This document shows positions 47,120 to 55,354 of a DNA stretch of 64,000 nucleotides, one piece after another. The notes below the pieces were generated by a model. The model saw only the letters and a list, made by a program, of their open reading frames with translations. It was not told the DNA's origin and did not search any database. The stretch's first letter is position 1; each line of letters opens with the position of its first letter. Source of the stretch: a virus. The stretch covers positions 1 through 64,000 of IMG/VR virus record IMGVR_UViG_3300027798_000035. The stretch is one strand, 5' to 3'. The position numbers were made by a program, and so were the translations under genes.

Positions 47120-47341
47120 TTACTTACTGATATCTCTGGAGGAGATTTCTTTTAATATCTCGTGGAATACTTCAGCGGCTTGGAGTACCTCATCGTTAGT
47201 GCCATCACGATAGCGCCAGTTGTCAAATGACTGACAGGTGTAGATCAGACACTGCTCTCCCCATGTGGCTAACTCACTCTTAGTCATCTTTTGGAGTCGG
47301 GCAATCTTTGGGAGATCAGTCTTAGGCTTGCGTCGCATCAT
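47120..47341 (-). CDS. hypothetical protein
   Basis: 73-aa helical ORF upstream of the terminase. Confidence 0.7.
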   Translation of the reverse strand: MMRRKPKTDLPKIARLQKMTKSELATWGEQCLIYTCQSFDNWRYRDGTNDEVLQAAEVFHEILKEISSRDISK

Positions 47342-47745
47342 TTCCAGTCCCTGATTTCTTTTGCTTTGGCTTTAAGGAATCGTCCCTGAACGGCGGTCAT
47401 TAAGCCATCGTCATCAGACATATCAGAACCTACCTTAGAAAGACCAATTTGAAAGGTATGTTTCCTAAGTTTTATTTGGATGCCCTTACCTACTCGCCAA
47501 GGTGCAGATGTCTGGCGCATAAAACCAGGTGCAATAAGTGGGGTGCCAGTGGGTACCACATCTCTGTAAATCCAGTACACAGGACCTACCGACTGAACGG
47601 CATTCATGGTGTCTTTAAATATCAAGAATGATATAAAGCAACTGATTAGTAAAGCGATACTCAGCATGAGTGACATGGATATAAGACTTATAATTACCCA
47701 AACGACTGACGCCAGCCATACTGATATGGCTAGAAATGCTTTCAT
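47338..47745 (-). CDS. membrane protein
   Basis: Two N-terminal hydrophobic segments then a soluble domain; AAGGA RBS. Confidence 0.65.
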   Translation of the reverse strand: MKAFLAISVWLASVVWVIISLISMSLMLSIALLISCFISFLIFKDTMNAVQSVGPVYWIYRDVVPTGTPLIAPGFMRQTSAPWRVGKGIQIKLRKHTFQIGLSKVGSDMSDDDGLMTAVQGRFLKAKAKEIRDWK

Positions 47746-47760
47746 TGTTATTCCTTGTTG

Positions 47761-48333
47761 TTAGACGGGCCAATTGCTCTTAGTATAGCCAAATGGTTCA
47801 AGAATCTGCTTAATACCCTTACCTTTAGAACTGTATTCACGGTAATTGCGGTAGATATCTAATGGCATGGGTCCATATTTGTAAACGCCACTGGTGGCTC
47901 CAGCGCGGTTACGAAACATCACATATGTATAACCAAGGATGTTATATGAGGAACCACCCTTAGAGCGGTCCGTCTTTTTAATCCTAGAGAACTGCTTAGA
48001 AAGGATATCTATTCCCTCATCAACGCTATCTCCAATACCCATGTCTTCAGTTACTTCATCCCTAGTAGCAACGGGAATGAACACATGAGCCACGACGCAA
48101 GAACTCTTTGTCGGACCCATGTAGTACTGGTCCACTGGTTGTACCCAGTAGACATCAAGGTCGCCACCGCTTGGGATAAGGGCGTTTAAGCCCTGTGCAA
48201 GGTCAGTAGGCGGCAAACGGGCGCCCGTAGTTTTATCTATGCGGCCCGTAGAGCCACCGTCTTCTTTTCCTTGTTCTAATCTGTCCCACAGGCTTTGAAC
48301 CCCTGGACCTAATCCTCGTTTTTTAGTTGCCAC
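47761..48333 (-). CDS. KTSC-like domain protein
   Basis: YVMFRN...VYKY..MP..IY..Y....SKGK.I...L resembles the KTSC pattern. Confidence 0.5.
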   Translation of the reverse strand: MATKKRGLGPGVQSLWDRLEQGKEDGGSTGRIDKTTGARLPPTDLAQGLNALIPSGGDLDVYWVQPVDQYYMGPTKSSCVVAHVFIPVATRDEVTEDMGIGDSVDEGIDILSKQFSRIKKTDRSKGGSSYNILGYTYVMFRNRAGATSGVYKYGPMPLDIYRNYREYSSKGKGIKQILEPFGYTKSNWPV

Positions 48334-48339
48334 TATTTA

Positions 48340-49149
48340 TCAGCCGAACATGGCTTTCCATGTCGTCGGACCAACAACACCATCATAGGTAAGACCTTTG
48401 GACTTCTGCCAGTTACGGACAAGTTCATGGGTCTTGGCGCCAAAGTTACCATCGGGCTTTGCGCCAACGATTGCCTGAACCAACTTGACGGCGTCACCGT
48501 TTGAACCCTGCTTAACGGGTGTTCCTGGGTAGGTAAAAGTAAGTGCGGGTGCGCCCGCTGGAGCAGGTGCTGGGGCAGAAGCAACTGGTGCGGGAGCGGG
48601 TGCGCCATTAGGCGTGGCATCACCAAGGCAGTACTGCCAGTGCCATGCCTCAAACTCTTTTGACTTTGGGTCAGAACCCTGCAAGTAGAAACCGTATGAG
48701 GGTGCATTAGCGCACATCCACTCAAAACAAGCGCCACCCATTGATGCGGTCTTTCCGCCCTGATCATAACCAAGGTCAATTGCTAGTCCCCAGCCATGGT
48801 TTGAACCCTTGAGACCAGTGGGGTCTGGAGCGGCTGAAGGGGCTTTGCCTTTCTTGAGGTACCAAGTCTTACCATCATATTGGCGCTTTACGCCAGTACC
48901 AGTATCTTCGGTGACATAGCGATCAAGAAACATTGATAACTGGCTATCAAATGAGCGGTAGTCGCCCACATTCTTCAACTTGAAGCCAGCGGCGAGAGCG
49001 GCGTCGTACAACTTATTGAATTGCTCTGCAACTGGTGCGTACATCTTTCCGCCAGTCTTAACAGAAGCCAAAACGCTTGGGTTCAACTGACCATTCTTGT
49101 ACTGCTTAAGTGCGGTTGGGACCACCAATTTGATGCAGGGGTAATTCAT
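48340..49149 (-). CDS. endolysin: M15 peptidase plus peptidoglycan-binding domain
   Basis: NGQL; YRSFDSQ; SNHGWGLAIDL; EAWHWQY; PAPAP linker; GSNGDAVK.VQ...DG.FG.KT...V..WQ...GL..DGVVGPTTW. Confidence 0.92.
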   Translation of the reverse strand: MNYPCIKLVVPTALKQYKNGQLNPSVLASVKTGGKMYAPVAEQFNKLYDAALAAGFKLKNVGDYRSFDSQLSMFLDRYVTEDTGTGVKRQYDGKTWYLKKGKAPSAAPDPTGLKGSNHGWGLAIDLGYDQGGKTASMGGACFEWMCANAPSYGFYLQGSDPKSKEFEAWHWQYCLGDATPNGAPAPAPVASAPAPAPAGAPALTFTYPGTPVKQGSNGDAVKLVQAIVGAKPDGNFGAKTHELVRNWQKSKGLTYDGVVGPTTWKAMFG

Positions 49150-49160
49150 AAGTATCTCCT

Positions 49161-49421
49161 TTAGGCTGATCCACCGTGGATGCCAGTAGTTGTCTTTAAC
49201 CAGAATACATTAGAAAACTGGTCGTCGTCGCTTGCAACAATGATCATATCACCCGGTGTGGGTACGGACCAGACACCACTAATTGCCTTACGATCTACAT
49301 AAGAAAGAGGTAAGTAACTGTTTTCGCCCATAACATGGGGCAAAGATACATAGATTTCACCTGTGGTGCTATCAGATGATTTAACAAGCGCCCTATAAAT
49401 CTTGCCACCTGGATTAAACAT
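49161..49421 (-). CDS. stand-alone Gp5/gpV-like N-terminal OB-fold protein
   Basis: IYRALV..SD..TG.I.V.LP...P.PGD.I.V......SNVFW; 86 aa; ends GIHGGSA. Confidence 0.6.
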   Translation of the reverse strand: MFNPGGKIYRALVKSSDSTTGEIYVSLPHVMGENSYLPLSYVDRKAISGVWSVPTPGDMIIVASDDDQFSNVFWLKTTTGIHGGSA

Positions 49422-51294
49422 TGGATTCTTCCAATTGTTTAATTCTTTCAGTCAATGACTGAACAGTTGCGTCAAGTTCTTTAATAGAAGCCACTGCTAT
49501 TGCAGTAAGCGCCAAATTATCAAGTCCTGAGTATTCCCCGTCATTGTCAATACTTGTTGCCTGCGGAATCACTGCACCAACTTCCTGTGCAATAAAACCG
49601 ATATTCCCAATTTCCCAGTTCTTGGTCCACGGGCACGGGTTTTCGGCGGTGCCCTTACAGTTATCACGAGCGCAATCATGCCTTAGTTCATCGGACTGGT
49701 ATGGCTCAAGGCCCTTTGAACTGCGGATTTTATTAAGACGGGAAAGGGCCATTACTCGTCGTGGGTCACTCGGTAATTGAGCAAAGTGGAGTTCTTCTTT
49801 CCATCTATAGTTGACAGGTCGTAATTGGCGCACAATATTTAATCCTGTTAGTATTTCGTCTTCATTAACTGCCGCCCCCGCAGAACGAAGCGTCAATGGG
49901 AAAGACCCGATATCCTGCTTGATATTGGCTGATGACGGTGCGATGATATATGCATGAAGCGAGACAGCAACACTGTTATCAGCATTTTGCAAATAAACAG
50001 TATTGCTTGATGCGCCAACACGGAACTGCGGAGCAACGCCACTTGCCCATAATGCCATTCCTGCGGCAGCGCCACCATACCCACCCTGCAATGCTTGACC
50101 CGTGTGTCCAGCATCAAAGGTACTGTATTGCCCCCAAAAAATTGACGACACAAACTTAAGTGTGTTAGATGAACCTGCGGTAGTAGCAGTAGCAGCGTTA
50201 CCAGTAGTGTTATCGGAAGTTCTCGCACTGTCAACACGAACACCATAAGTATTGAGACCATTCCAACCCATAAGAGTTGGATATGTACTTGACCAATTAA
50301 TCTGAGGATTAGTATTATTTACTGCACCACCCGAAGGGGAAGTTGACTGCGAGGCGTCAAATATTGTATGACCATTTCCATAGTGTTTCCACACAAGTTG
50401 ACCAACAACAGCAGAGATTGTTCCGTTGGTACTCCAGTTACCGGAATTAGTAGAAAGATTAGTTGCTGTAGTAGCATTACCTGAAAAAGTAGGTGCTGTT
50501 ACTGTGCTGGTAAATCGCCCAGTTCCCATGACATTCAATGTATTGGTAACTTCAGAGTCATTAGGTTGTGCGCCAATAAGAACATTATCTGCAGACCACA
50601 TATATTTAGTTGTGCCAGCACTATTGCCACGGAAACCCATACGATATGAACCCGAAACCGTTTGGAAGAAAGACCATCCTGTTTGACCTTGCAACACAGG
50701 ACCTTGCGCCCAAGGAAGTGCCGCGTCAGGTGTGTTTGCTGTAGCAATAAATGCACCAGTTGAACTTGAAAGACCGATATTGCCAGAGACAGTTAATTGA
50801 CCGACAACTGACAACCCTGTTGAGTTAAAGGTTGCCACAGTATTGTTCACATATTTAATTCTGACAGTCTGATTAGAGAAAACCGTGAAATCATTATTGG
50901 CTGTGCCAACACCCGACACAGTGTAATGCTCACCAATTCGGGTAGTTAAAGTTGGATAATTGGTGTTGGAAAGAACTACCGCGTAAGCATCAGTTGTTAT
51001 ATTTCCTAAAGTTCCTATGTTTACAGAGTTATTAACGGCAGTAATACCTGTGTAAGAACCGCTAATACGCGCTGATGGGATAACGCCAGCAAGATCACTA
51101 GCGTCTGTTACATATAGAAGGCTACTCCACGCCGTGGAACCAGTGCCGACCTTAAGTTTTCCTGTATCTGTTTCAAAGCCCGTCTCACCAATGGCAAGGG
51201 TAGGGTTTACTGAGGCCCAATTAGCCGCAGTGTCACTTCTCAGTTGTATTAAGTCGTTCCTCGGCACTATCTTGCCCCTTCTGTATAGCGTCAA
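49414..51294 (-). CDS. tail fibre: Mtd_N-like N-terminus plus C-terminal S74 intramolecular chaperone
   Basis: IQLRSDTAANW..VNPTLAIGETGFETDTGKLKVG; SS..IKQDI...LRPVNY.WK...GFIAQEV...P...ASIKELD coiled coil. Confidence 0.88.
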   Translation of the reverse strand: MTLYRRGKIVPRNDLIQLRSDTAANWASVNPTLAIGETGFETDTGKLKVGTGSTAWSSLLYVTDASDLAGVIPSARISGSYTGITAVNNSVNIGTLGNITTDAYAVVLSNTNYPTLTTRIGEHYTVSGVGTANNDFTVFSNQTVRIKYVNNTVATFNSTGLSVVGQLTVSGNIGLSSSTGAFIATANTPDAALPWAQGPVLQGQTGWSFFQTVSGSYRMGFRGNSAGTTKYMWSADNVLIGAQPNDSEVTNTLNVMGTGRFTSTVTAPTFSGNATTATNLSTNSGNWSTNGTISAVVGQLVWKHYGNGHTIFDASQSTSPSGGAVNNTNPQINWSSTYPTLMGWNGLNTYGVRVDSARTSDNTTGNAATATTAGSSNTLKFVSSIFWGQYSTFDAGHTGQALQGGYGGAAAGMALWASGVAPQFRVGASSNTVYLQNADNSVAVSLHAYIIAPSSANIKQDIGSFPLTLRSAGAAVNEDEILTGLNIVRQLRPVNYRWKEELHFAQLPSDPRRVMALSRLNKIRSSKGLEPYQSDELRHDCARDNCKGTAENPCPWTKNWEIGNIGFIAQEVGAVIPQATSIDNDGEYSGLDNLALTAIAVASIKELDATVQSLTERIKQLEESNV

Positions 51295-51391
51295 TCGTAG
51301 CCTCTAGGACTGCGATACGCTGGGCCTGCTGTGAAATCTGGTTCACGAGCGATTCAACTACTTTATTGACATCTAGTTGTACATTGGACAT
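51233..51391 (-). CDS. small coiled-coil protein (52 aa)
   Basis: Manually translated MSNVQLDVNKVVESLVNQISQQAQRIAVLEATIDAIQKG...; AAGGAG RBS. Confidence 0.7.
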   Translation of the reverse strand: MSNVQLDVNKVVESLVNQISQQAQRIAVLEATIDAIQKGQDSAEERLNTTEK

Positions 51392-51405
51392 TTTGTTCTC
51401 CTTAG

Positions 51406-51633
51406 TTATGCGAGCGAGTCGTGCTCTGCAGCAATGGCAGCGTGTGCAGATTCAATGATTTCAAGGTTACTCGTAAACTGAGCGACCTGAGTCTCTTTTG
51501 CCTCATCGTCAGGAAGGCTTTGTGCCACCAACAATGCGGTTTCATTGCTTAAATACTCTTGTTCCAACTGATTGAGACGACCAAGCAGAGCCTGCTTTTT
51601 TCCTTCTACGGGGTCAAGTGTTCTAAATTCCAT
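51406..51633 (-). CDS. small coiled-coil protein
   Basis: 75 aa with AGGAG RBS. Confidence 0.75.
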   Translation of the reverse strand: MEFRTLDPVEGKKQALLGRLNQLEQEYLSNETALLVAQSLPDDEAKETQVAQFTSNLEIIESAHAAIAAEHDSLA

Positions 51634-51769
51634 TTTGTTTCTCCTGGGTTAGGTAGGTTTTATAGTTCCTGGTTGCTAATTTATCACATGCGCCTCGTGG
51701 TTTGCGCAACCGAGCGATACGCTGGATTTGTTGTAAAACCTTTTTTGCGCCTAGTTGTACATTAGACAT
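51623..51769 (-). pseudogene. degenerate duplicate of 51233..51391 (48-aa ORF)
   Basis: MSNVQLGAKKVLQQIQRIARL...; shares ATGTC(C/T)AATGTACAACTAG and CCAGCGTATCGC with the paralog. Confidence 0.5.
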
Positions 51770-52149
51770 TAGTTATTCTCCGTTTCAAGCCATTTTAAAA
51801 ATTTATCATATATGTCAGGACTGTAGTTTGCTACTGAACTAGGAAGATGAACCTCATCAACTATTTCCGTGGTGTCACCATCAATGTCACGCAAAGCGAA
51901 TACGCAATACCAAACAGTGTTATCTTCTAACGCAACAATCTTATGGCGCAATCCCTTGCGGATAACAATGAATGTTGGGGCAGTAAACTGTTTGGGTTTA
52001 CCGTTGTTTACTGTGACTTCAACACTACCGCTAGTAAGTAAACTAATGTGGTCGTGCGTATGTGCATGACCACCAAGAATATCTCCAGCCTTTTCCATAT
52101 AGTTCTGTCGGACCCAAATGTTTCCGACGAACCCTAGTTCCTCAATCAT
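51769..52149 (-). CDS. cupin-domain protein
   Basis: GHAHTHDHISLLTSGSV...F.APTFI.I.KG..H...ALEDNTV.YCV. Confidence 0.8.
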   Translation of the reverse strand: MIEELGFVGNIWVRQNYMEKAGDILGGHAHTHDHISLLTSGSVEVTVNNGKPKQFTAPTFIVIRKGLRHKIVALEDNTVWYCVFALRDIDGDTTEIVDEVHLPSSVANYSPDIYDKFLKWLETENN

Positions 52150-52355
52150 TCAAATACCGCAACAGTTGTTTCGGGTACATTGGCTTCACGATGTTCAAAC
52201 AATCCTGTTTCGGAATTGTATGCGTCGTTCACTATGACGGGTGAATCTTCAGGTAAAGGAATGAAAGTATAAATCTTTTCTAGAAGTTCATCATATTCAT
52301 ATAATACAACATTGATAACAATATTGTCTTTTAGCATTGCGTGTCGTGTTCCCAT
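52146..52355 (-). CDS. small fibre-associated protein (start MGTRHA)
   Basis: A.L.DN.VINVV...V...D.YN...G.F pattern typical of genes following Gly-rich fibres. Confidence 0.6.
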   Translation of the reverse strand: MGTRHAMLKDNIVINVVLYEYDELLEKIYTFIPLPEDSPVIVNDAYNSETGLFEHREANVPETTVAVFE

Positions 52356-52359
52356 AATA

Positions 52360-53469
52360 TTATCCAAACCAACTAATAGCAATGATGCCTTGATTTCCTG
52401 CATAACCATTATTGGCGGCTCCAGAACCCAATCTCATTACCGAACTAGCACCGCTACCGTAACCACCGTAAACAGTAGGAGCAAGACCTGATGATACAAT
52501 CCTAGTTTGAGGTTCCAAATCAACTAGGTAAGTTGATAAAAAGTCAAGATTCAAACTGTTTTGCACTCCATTAGCACAAGAAACAGAACCAAAAGTAGTA
52601 CTAGTAGCATACGAATGAGATTGCGAATACGCTAGATTAGGAACTACATTTCTAACTACTATTGGTGATTGACCAGAGTTTGCATACGCAGAATTACTAC
52701 CGTAACTACTATTGTTAAGTTGATATCGTGGTGGTGCTACTGCCGCACCATATCCGTATCCACTACCCCAGCCGTATGTGCCAGAAATAACCCAATCAGG
52801 ACTTTTTGCGTCATAAGGATATTGCACGATACTAGTATTTCCACTATTGCCACCGTTAATTCCAGTACCGCCTGTACCGCCTGCACCAACGGCTATTCCC
52901 CAAGGTTGAGTAAAGGTAGTGGAGTTAGTAGAAGAATATGAGTCACTATAAAAAATAGCCTGCACGCCACCAGCACTACTACCATTTTCTGAAATAGCAA
53001 CTTGCGAACCACTAGTCGCCGCAATGCCACCCGAGCCACCACCGCCACCAATAACAGTTATAATAGCCATCTTAGCATTAGGGCTTACAGTACTAGGAGT
53101 AATTGTCGTGCTACTTGTGTAATAACTAGTACTAAGAAACTTTAATGAACCCGCTACAGTAGCCCACTTAACACCAGTAGCCGTAGAACTATCAGCAGTC
53201 AACACCTGATTGTTAGTACCAACAGCAAGTCTAGTGGGAGTACTAGCCGCACTAGTAGCAAGAATATCGCCCTTGGTAGTAAATGTAGACTTAGGAACAG
53301 AAACATCAGTTGTATACGCTAGAGAAGTCCACGCTGTAGAGCCATTACCAATCTTGAACTTACCTGTGTCCGTTTCAAACCCCATCTCACCAGCGGCAAG
53401 CGTAGGGTTAGTTGAGGTCCAGTTAGCGGCGGTATCACGCCGTACTTGTATGAGTGCGTTACGAGCCAT
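52360..53469 (-). CDS. tail fibre: Mtd_N-like N-terminus plus glycine-rich domain
   Basis: IQVRRDTAANWTSTNPTLAAGEMGFETDTGKFKIG; TTKGD...RLAVGTNNQVLTADS; VIGGGGG.GG...VGAGG.GG...G..GII. Confidence 0.85.
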   Translation of the reverse strand: MARNALIQVRRDTAANWTSTNPTLAAGEMGFETDTGKFKIGNGSTAWTSLAYTTDVSVPKSTFTTKGDILATSAASTPTRLAVGTNNQVLTADSSTATGVKWATVAGSLKFLSTSYYTSSTTITPSTVSPNAKMAIITVIGGGGGSGGIAATSGSQVAISENGSSAGGVQAIFYSDSYSSTNSTTFTQPWGIAVGAGGTGGTGINGGNSGNTSIVQYPYDAKSPDWVISGTYGWGSGYGYGAAVAPPRYQLNNSSYGSNSAYANSGQSPIVVRNVVPNLAYSQSHSYATSTTFGSVSCANGVQNSLNLDFLSTYLVDLEPQTRIVSSGLAPTVYGGYGSGASSVMRLGSGAANNGYAGNQGIIAISWFG

Positions 53470-53639
53470 TATTCGGCCTGCCATTCTTCGGGGGTGTTAC
53501 CTTCAGCGAGCCATGTTAGATACGCCTGCCATAAAGGGTTCTCGTCATATTGTGTTATTTGTGCGCCATCTTCAAGCATCACAATCTGAAATGGTTGCCC
53601 ATTCATATCCGTAACTTGTTGAGTAAAATATTTCATCAT
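53469..53639 (-). CDS. small tail-fibre-associated protein
   Basis: N..WQAYLTWLAEGNTPEE motif typical of genes following fibres. Confidence 0.7.
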   Translation of the reverse strand: MMKYFTQQVTDMNGQPFQIVMLEDGAQITQYDENPLWQAYLTWLAEGNTPEEWQAE

Positions 53640-55354
53640 AGTTCCGCCGATGCAACCCAATGACCATACATATTACCACTAGCATAACTACCACCTATTT
53701 GCACATAGGGTGTAAAACTTGTATCTGTAGCATAAGCAGTAGTCGGGTTAGCCGTACCTGTCGTGCCGCTAGTATTGCCGTAATCCCAACCAGTTAAGTT
53801 TGCGCCACCACTACGGTAGTAAGTAATTGTCGTAGGAGTAACTCGCATCGGCACTCTTAATTGGATTGTGCCAAGTAACAAACCATAAATATTGCTACTC
53901 CCATAGAAAGCATAGAAGCCTGCGTCGGTTGATGTACCAACAGTAACGCTAGTACCATAACTTTTCTGAAAGTACCGCTGACATAACGCTAGTTCAGTTT
54001 GCATAGGTCGCTGCTCAAAAGGTGTAGCAACAGAACCAACCTCAAGTTGCACCTGCGTCACCTCATACCAAACCGTGTCCGCAACTGCGGTGCTACCTAG
54101 ATTTGTAAAACCAAACTGCACGCTAACATTATTTGCGCTACTAGATATTGTTCCTGATACTGTGTACTTTGTCCATGTCGTTGGTAAAGACCCGTTAGTA
54201 ATGGTCGTACTACTACCGCCGTCGTATCCTGTAGTTCCCATAGCAGCATCAGTTGTTGAAGTATTCCAATTAATTGTACCGCCAAAATTTCCATAAGGTG
54301 TTGCGGTTGATGATGTTGCAGTTGCGCTAGAGAACCTAACCCAAAACGATAATGTTACGGTTTTACCACGCAAAGGTATTGAGTCACCTGACTCTAATGC
54401 GGTGTCTGCCCACATTCGTGTTCCACCAGCATTTTCAGCAGTAGTGCTACTACCAACCTTTAATGCATATCGTGTTTGCATACCAGTAACAGGCGTAACG
54501 GTAGTTCTTTGATGTGAGCCATTTTGGTACTGGCGAATTGTCCATCTATCAGCGAGATATGACCCTGCATTTAGATATGTCCGTGCTGTGCCTCGTTGCC
54601 AAAACTCAAACGAACCGTTAATAATCTTGTTACGGAAACCCTGATAAGGACTATGGTAATCCGTACCCTGAAGGAATTGCGTAGCCTTGGTTACGCCGTT
54701 AACATCAAGTTTTTCGGTTGGGCTAGATGTACCAATACCAACACGGTCATTAGTTACATCAACATACAATGTTGATGGAGGACCAGTAGCAGTTCCTCCC
54801 GACGAATAGGCTCCACCCGTAGAGCCATTAAATAACGAAAAGAAGAATTGTGTAGAACTGACTACAGTTATGGTTGCCGTGCGGTTGAACGAACTCGGTG
54901 TTATGCCAGTTACCGCAACAGTGTCGCCAGTAACAAAATTATGTGGTGTTGAAGTGTTGTAGTTAGTTGTTCCAAAACCTGAACTAAATGAAGCGCTAGA
55001 TATAGCGACTGCCCCTGAACCTGCTTTTACTGTTTTTAATGTTGTAGTTCCAACTACATCTAGTGCTGTAGAGGGTGACGATATACCTATACCAACACGA
55101 TTATTTGTTGAATCAACTTTCAAAGTAGTTGTATCAATAGTTAAGTCACCAGTAACTGCTAAAGAACCTAGTGCGCCAACAGAAGTTAAAGACGACCCAG
55201 TAACAGTTGATTTAATAGTAGTACCAGGGAGAGTTTCAGCACTAAAAGAAGTGCTGTTATAGGTATTCCAAGTAGTACCATCATAAATCCATGTCTTATT
55301 ACCTACCGTGTAGGTGGCATTAGTTGTTGGTGTATTGGGAAAGTCAATTGCCAT
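53636..55354 (-). CDS. tail fibre with C-terminal carbohydrate-binding-like domain
   Basis: MAIDFP; VGIG repeats; GFRNKIING.F..WQRG...ADRW...VQLE.GS.ATPFE.RP...ELALCQRY...ASAEL. Confidence 0.85.
   Translation of the reverse strand: MAIDFPNTPTTNATYTVGNKTWIYDGTTWNTYNSTSFSAETLPGTTIKSTVTGSSLTSVGALGSLAVTGDLTIDTTTLKVDSTNNRVGIGISSPSTALDVVGTTTLKTVKAGSGAVAISSASFSSGFGTTNYNTSTPHNFVTGDTVAVTGITPSSFNRTATITVVSSTQFFFSLFNGSTGGAYSSGGTATGPPSTLYVDVTNDRVGIGTSSPTEKLDVNGVTKATQFLQGTDYHSPYQGFRNKIINGSFEFWQRGTARTYLNAGSYLADRWTIRQYQNGSHQRTTVTPVTGMQTRYALKVGSSTTAENAGGTRMWADTALESGDSIPLRGKTVTLSFWVRFSSATATSSTATPYGNFGGTINWNTSTTDAAMGTTGYDGGSSTTITNGSLPTTWTKYTVSGTISSSANNVSVQFGFTNLGSTAVADTVWYEVTQVQLEVGSVATPFEQRPMQTELALCQRYFQKSYGTSVTVGTSTDAGFYAFYGSSNIYGLLLGTIQLRVPMRVTPTTITYYRSGGANLTGWDYGNTSGTTGTANPTTAYATDTSFTPYVQIGGSYASGNMYGHWVASAEL

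Noticed and set aside
48333-48779. 148-aa alternative-frame ORF within the endolysin, resembling an embedded spanin
   Set aside because: No lipobox or TM segment; composition mirrors the PAPA linker codons.
49414-53484. Diversity-generating retroelement suggested by Mtd_N-like domains
   Set aside because: No reverse transcriptase and no adenine-specific TR/VR pair seen in the window; Mtd_N is a generic fibre N-terminal domain.
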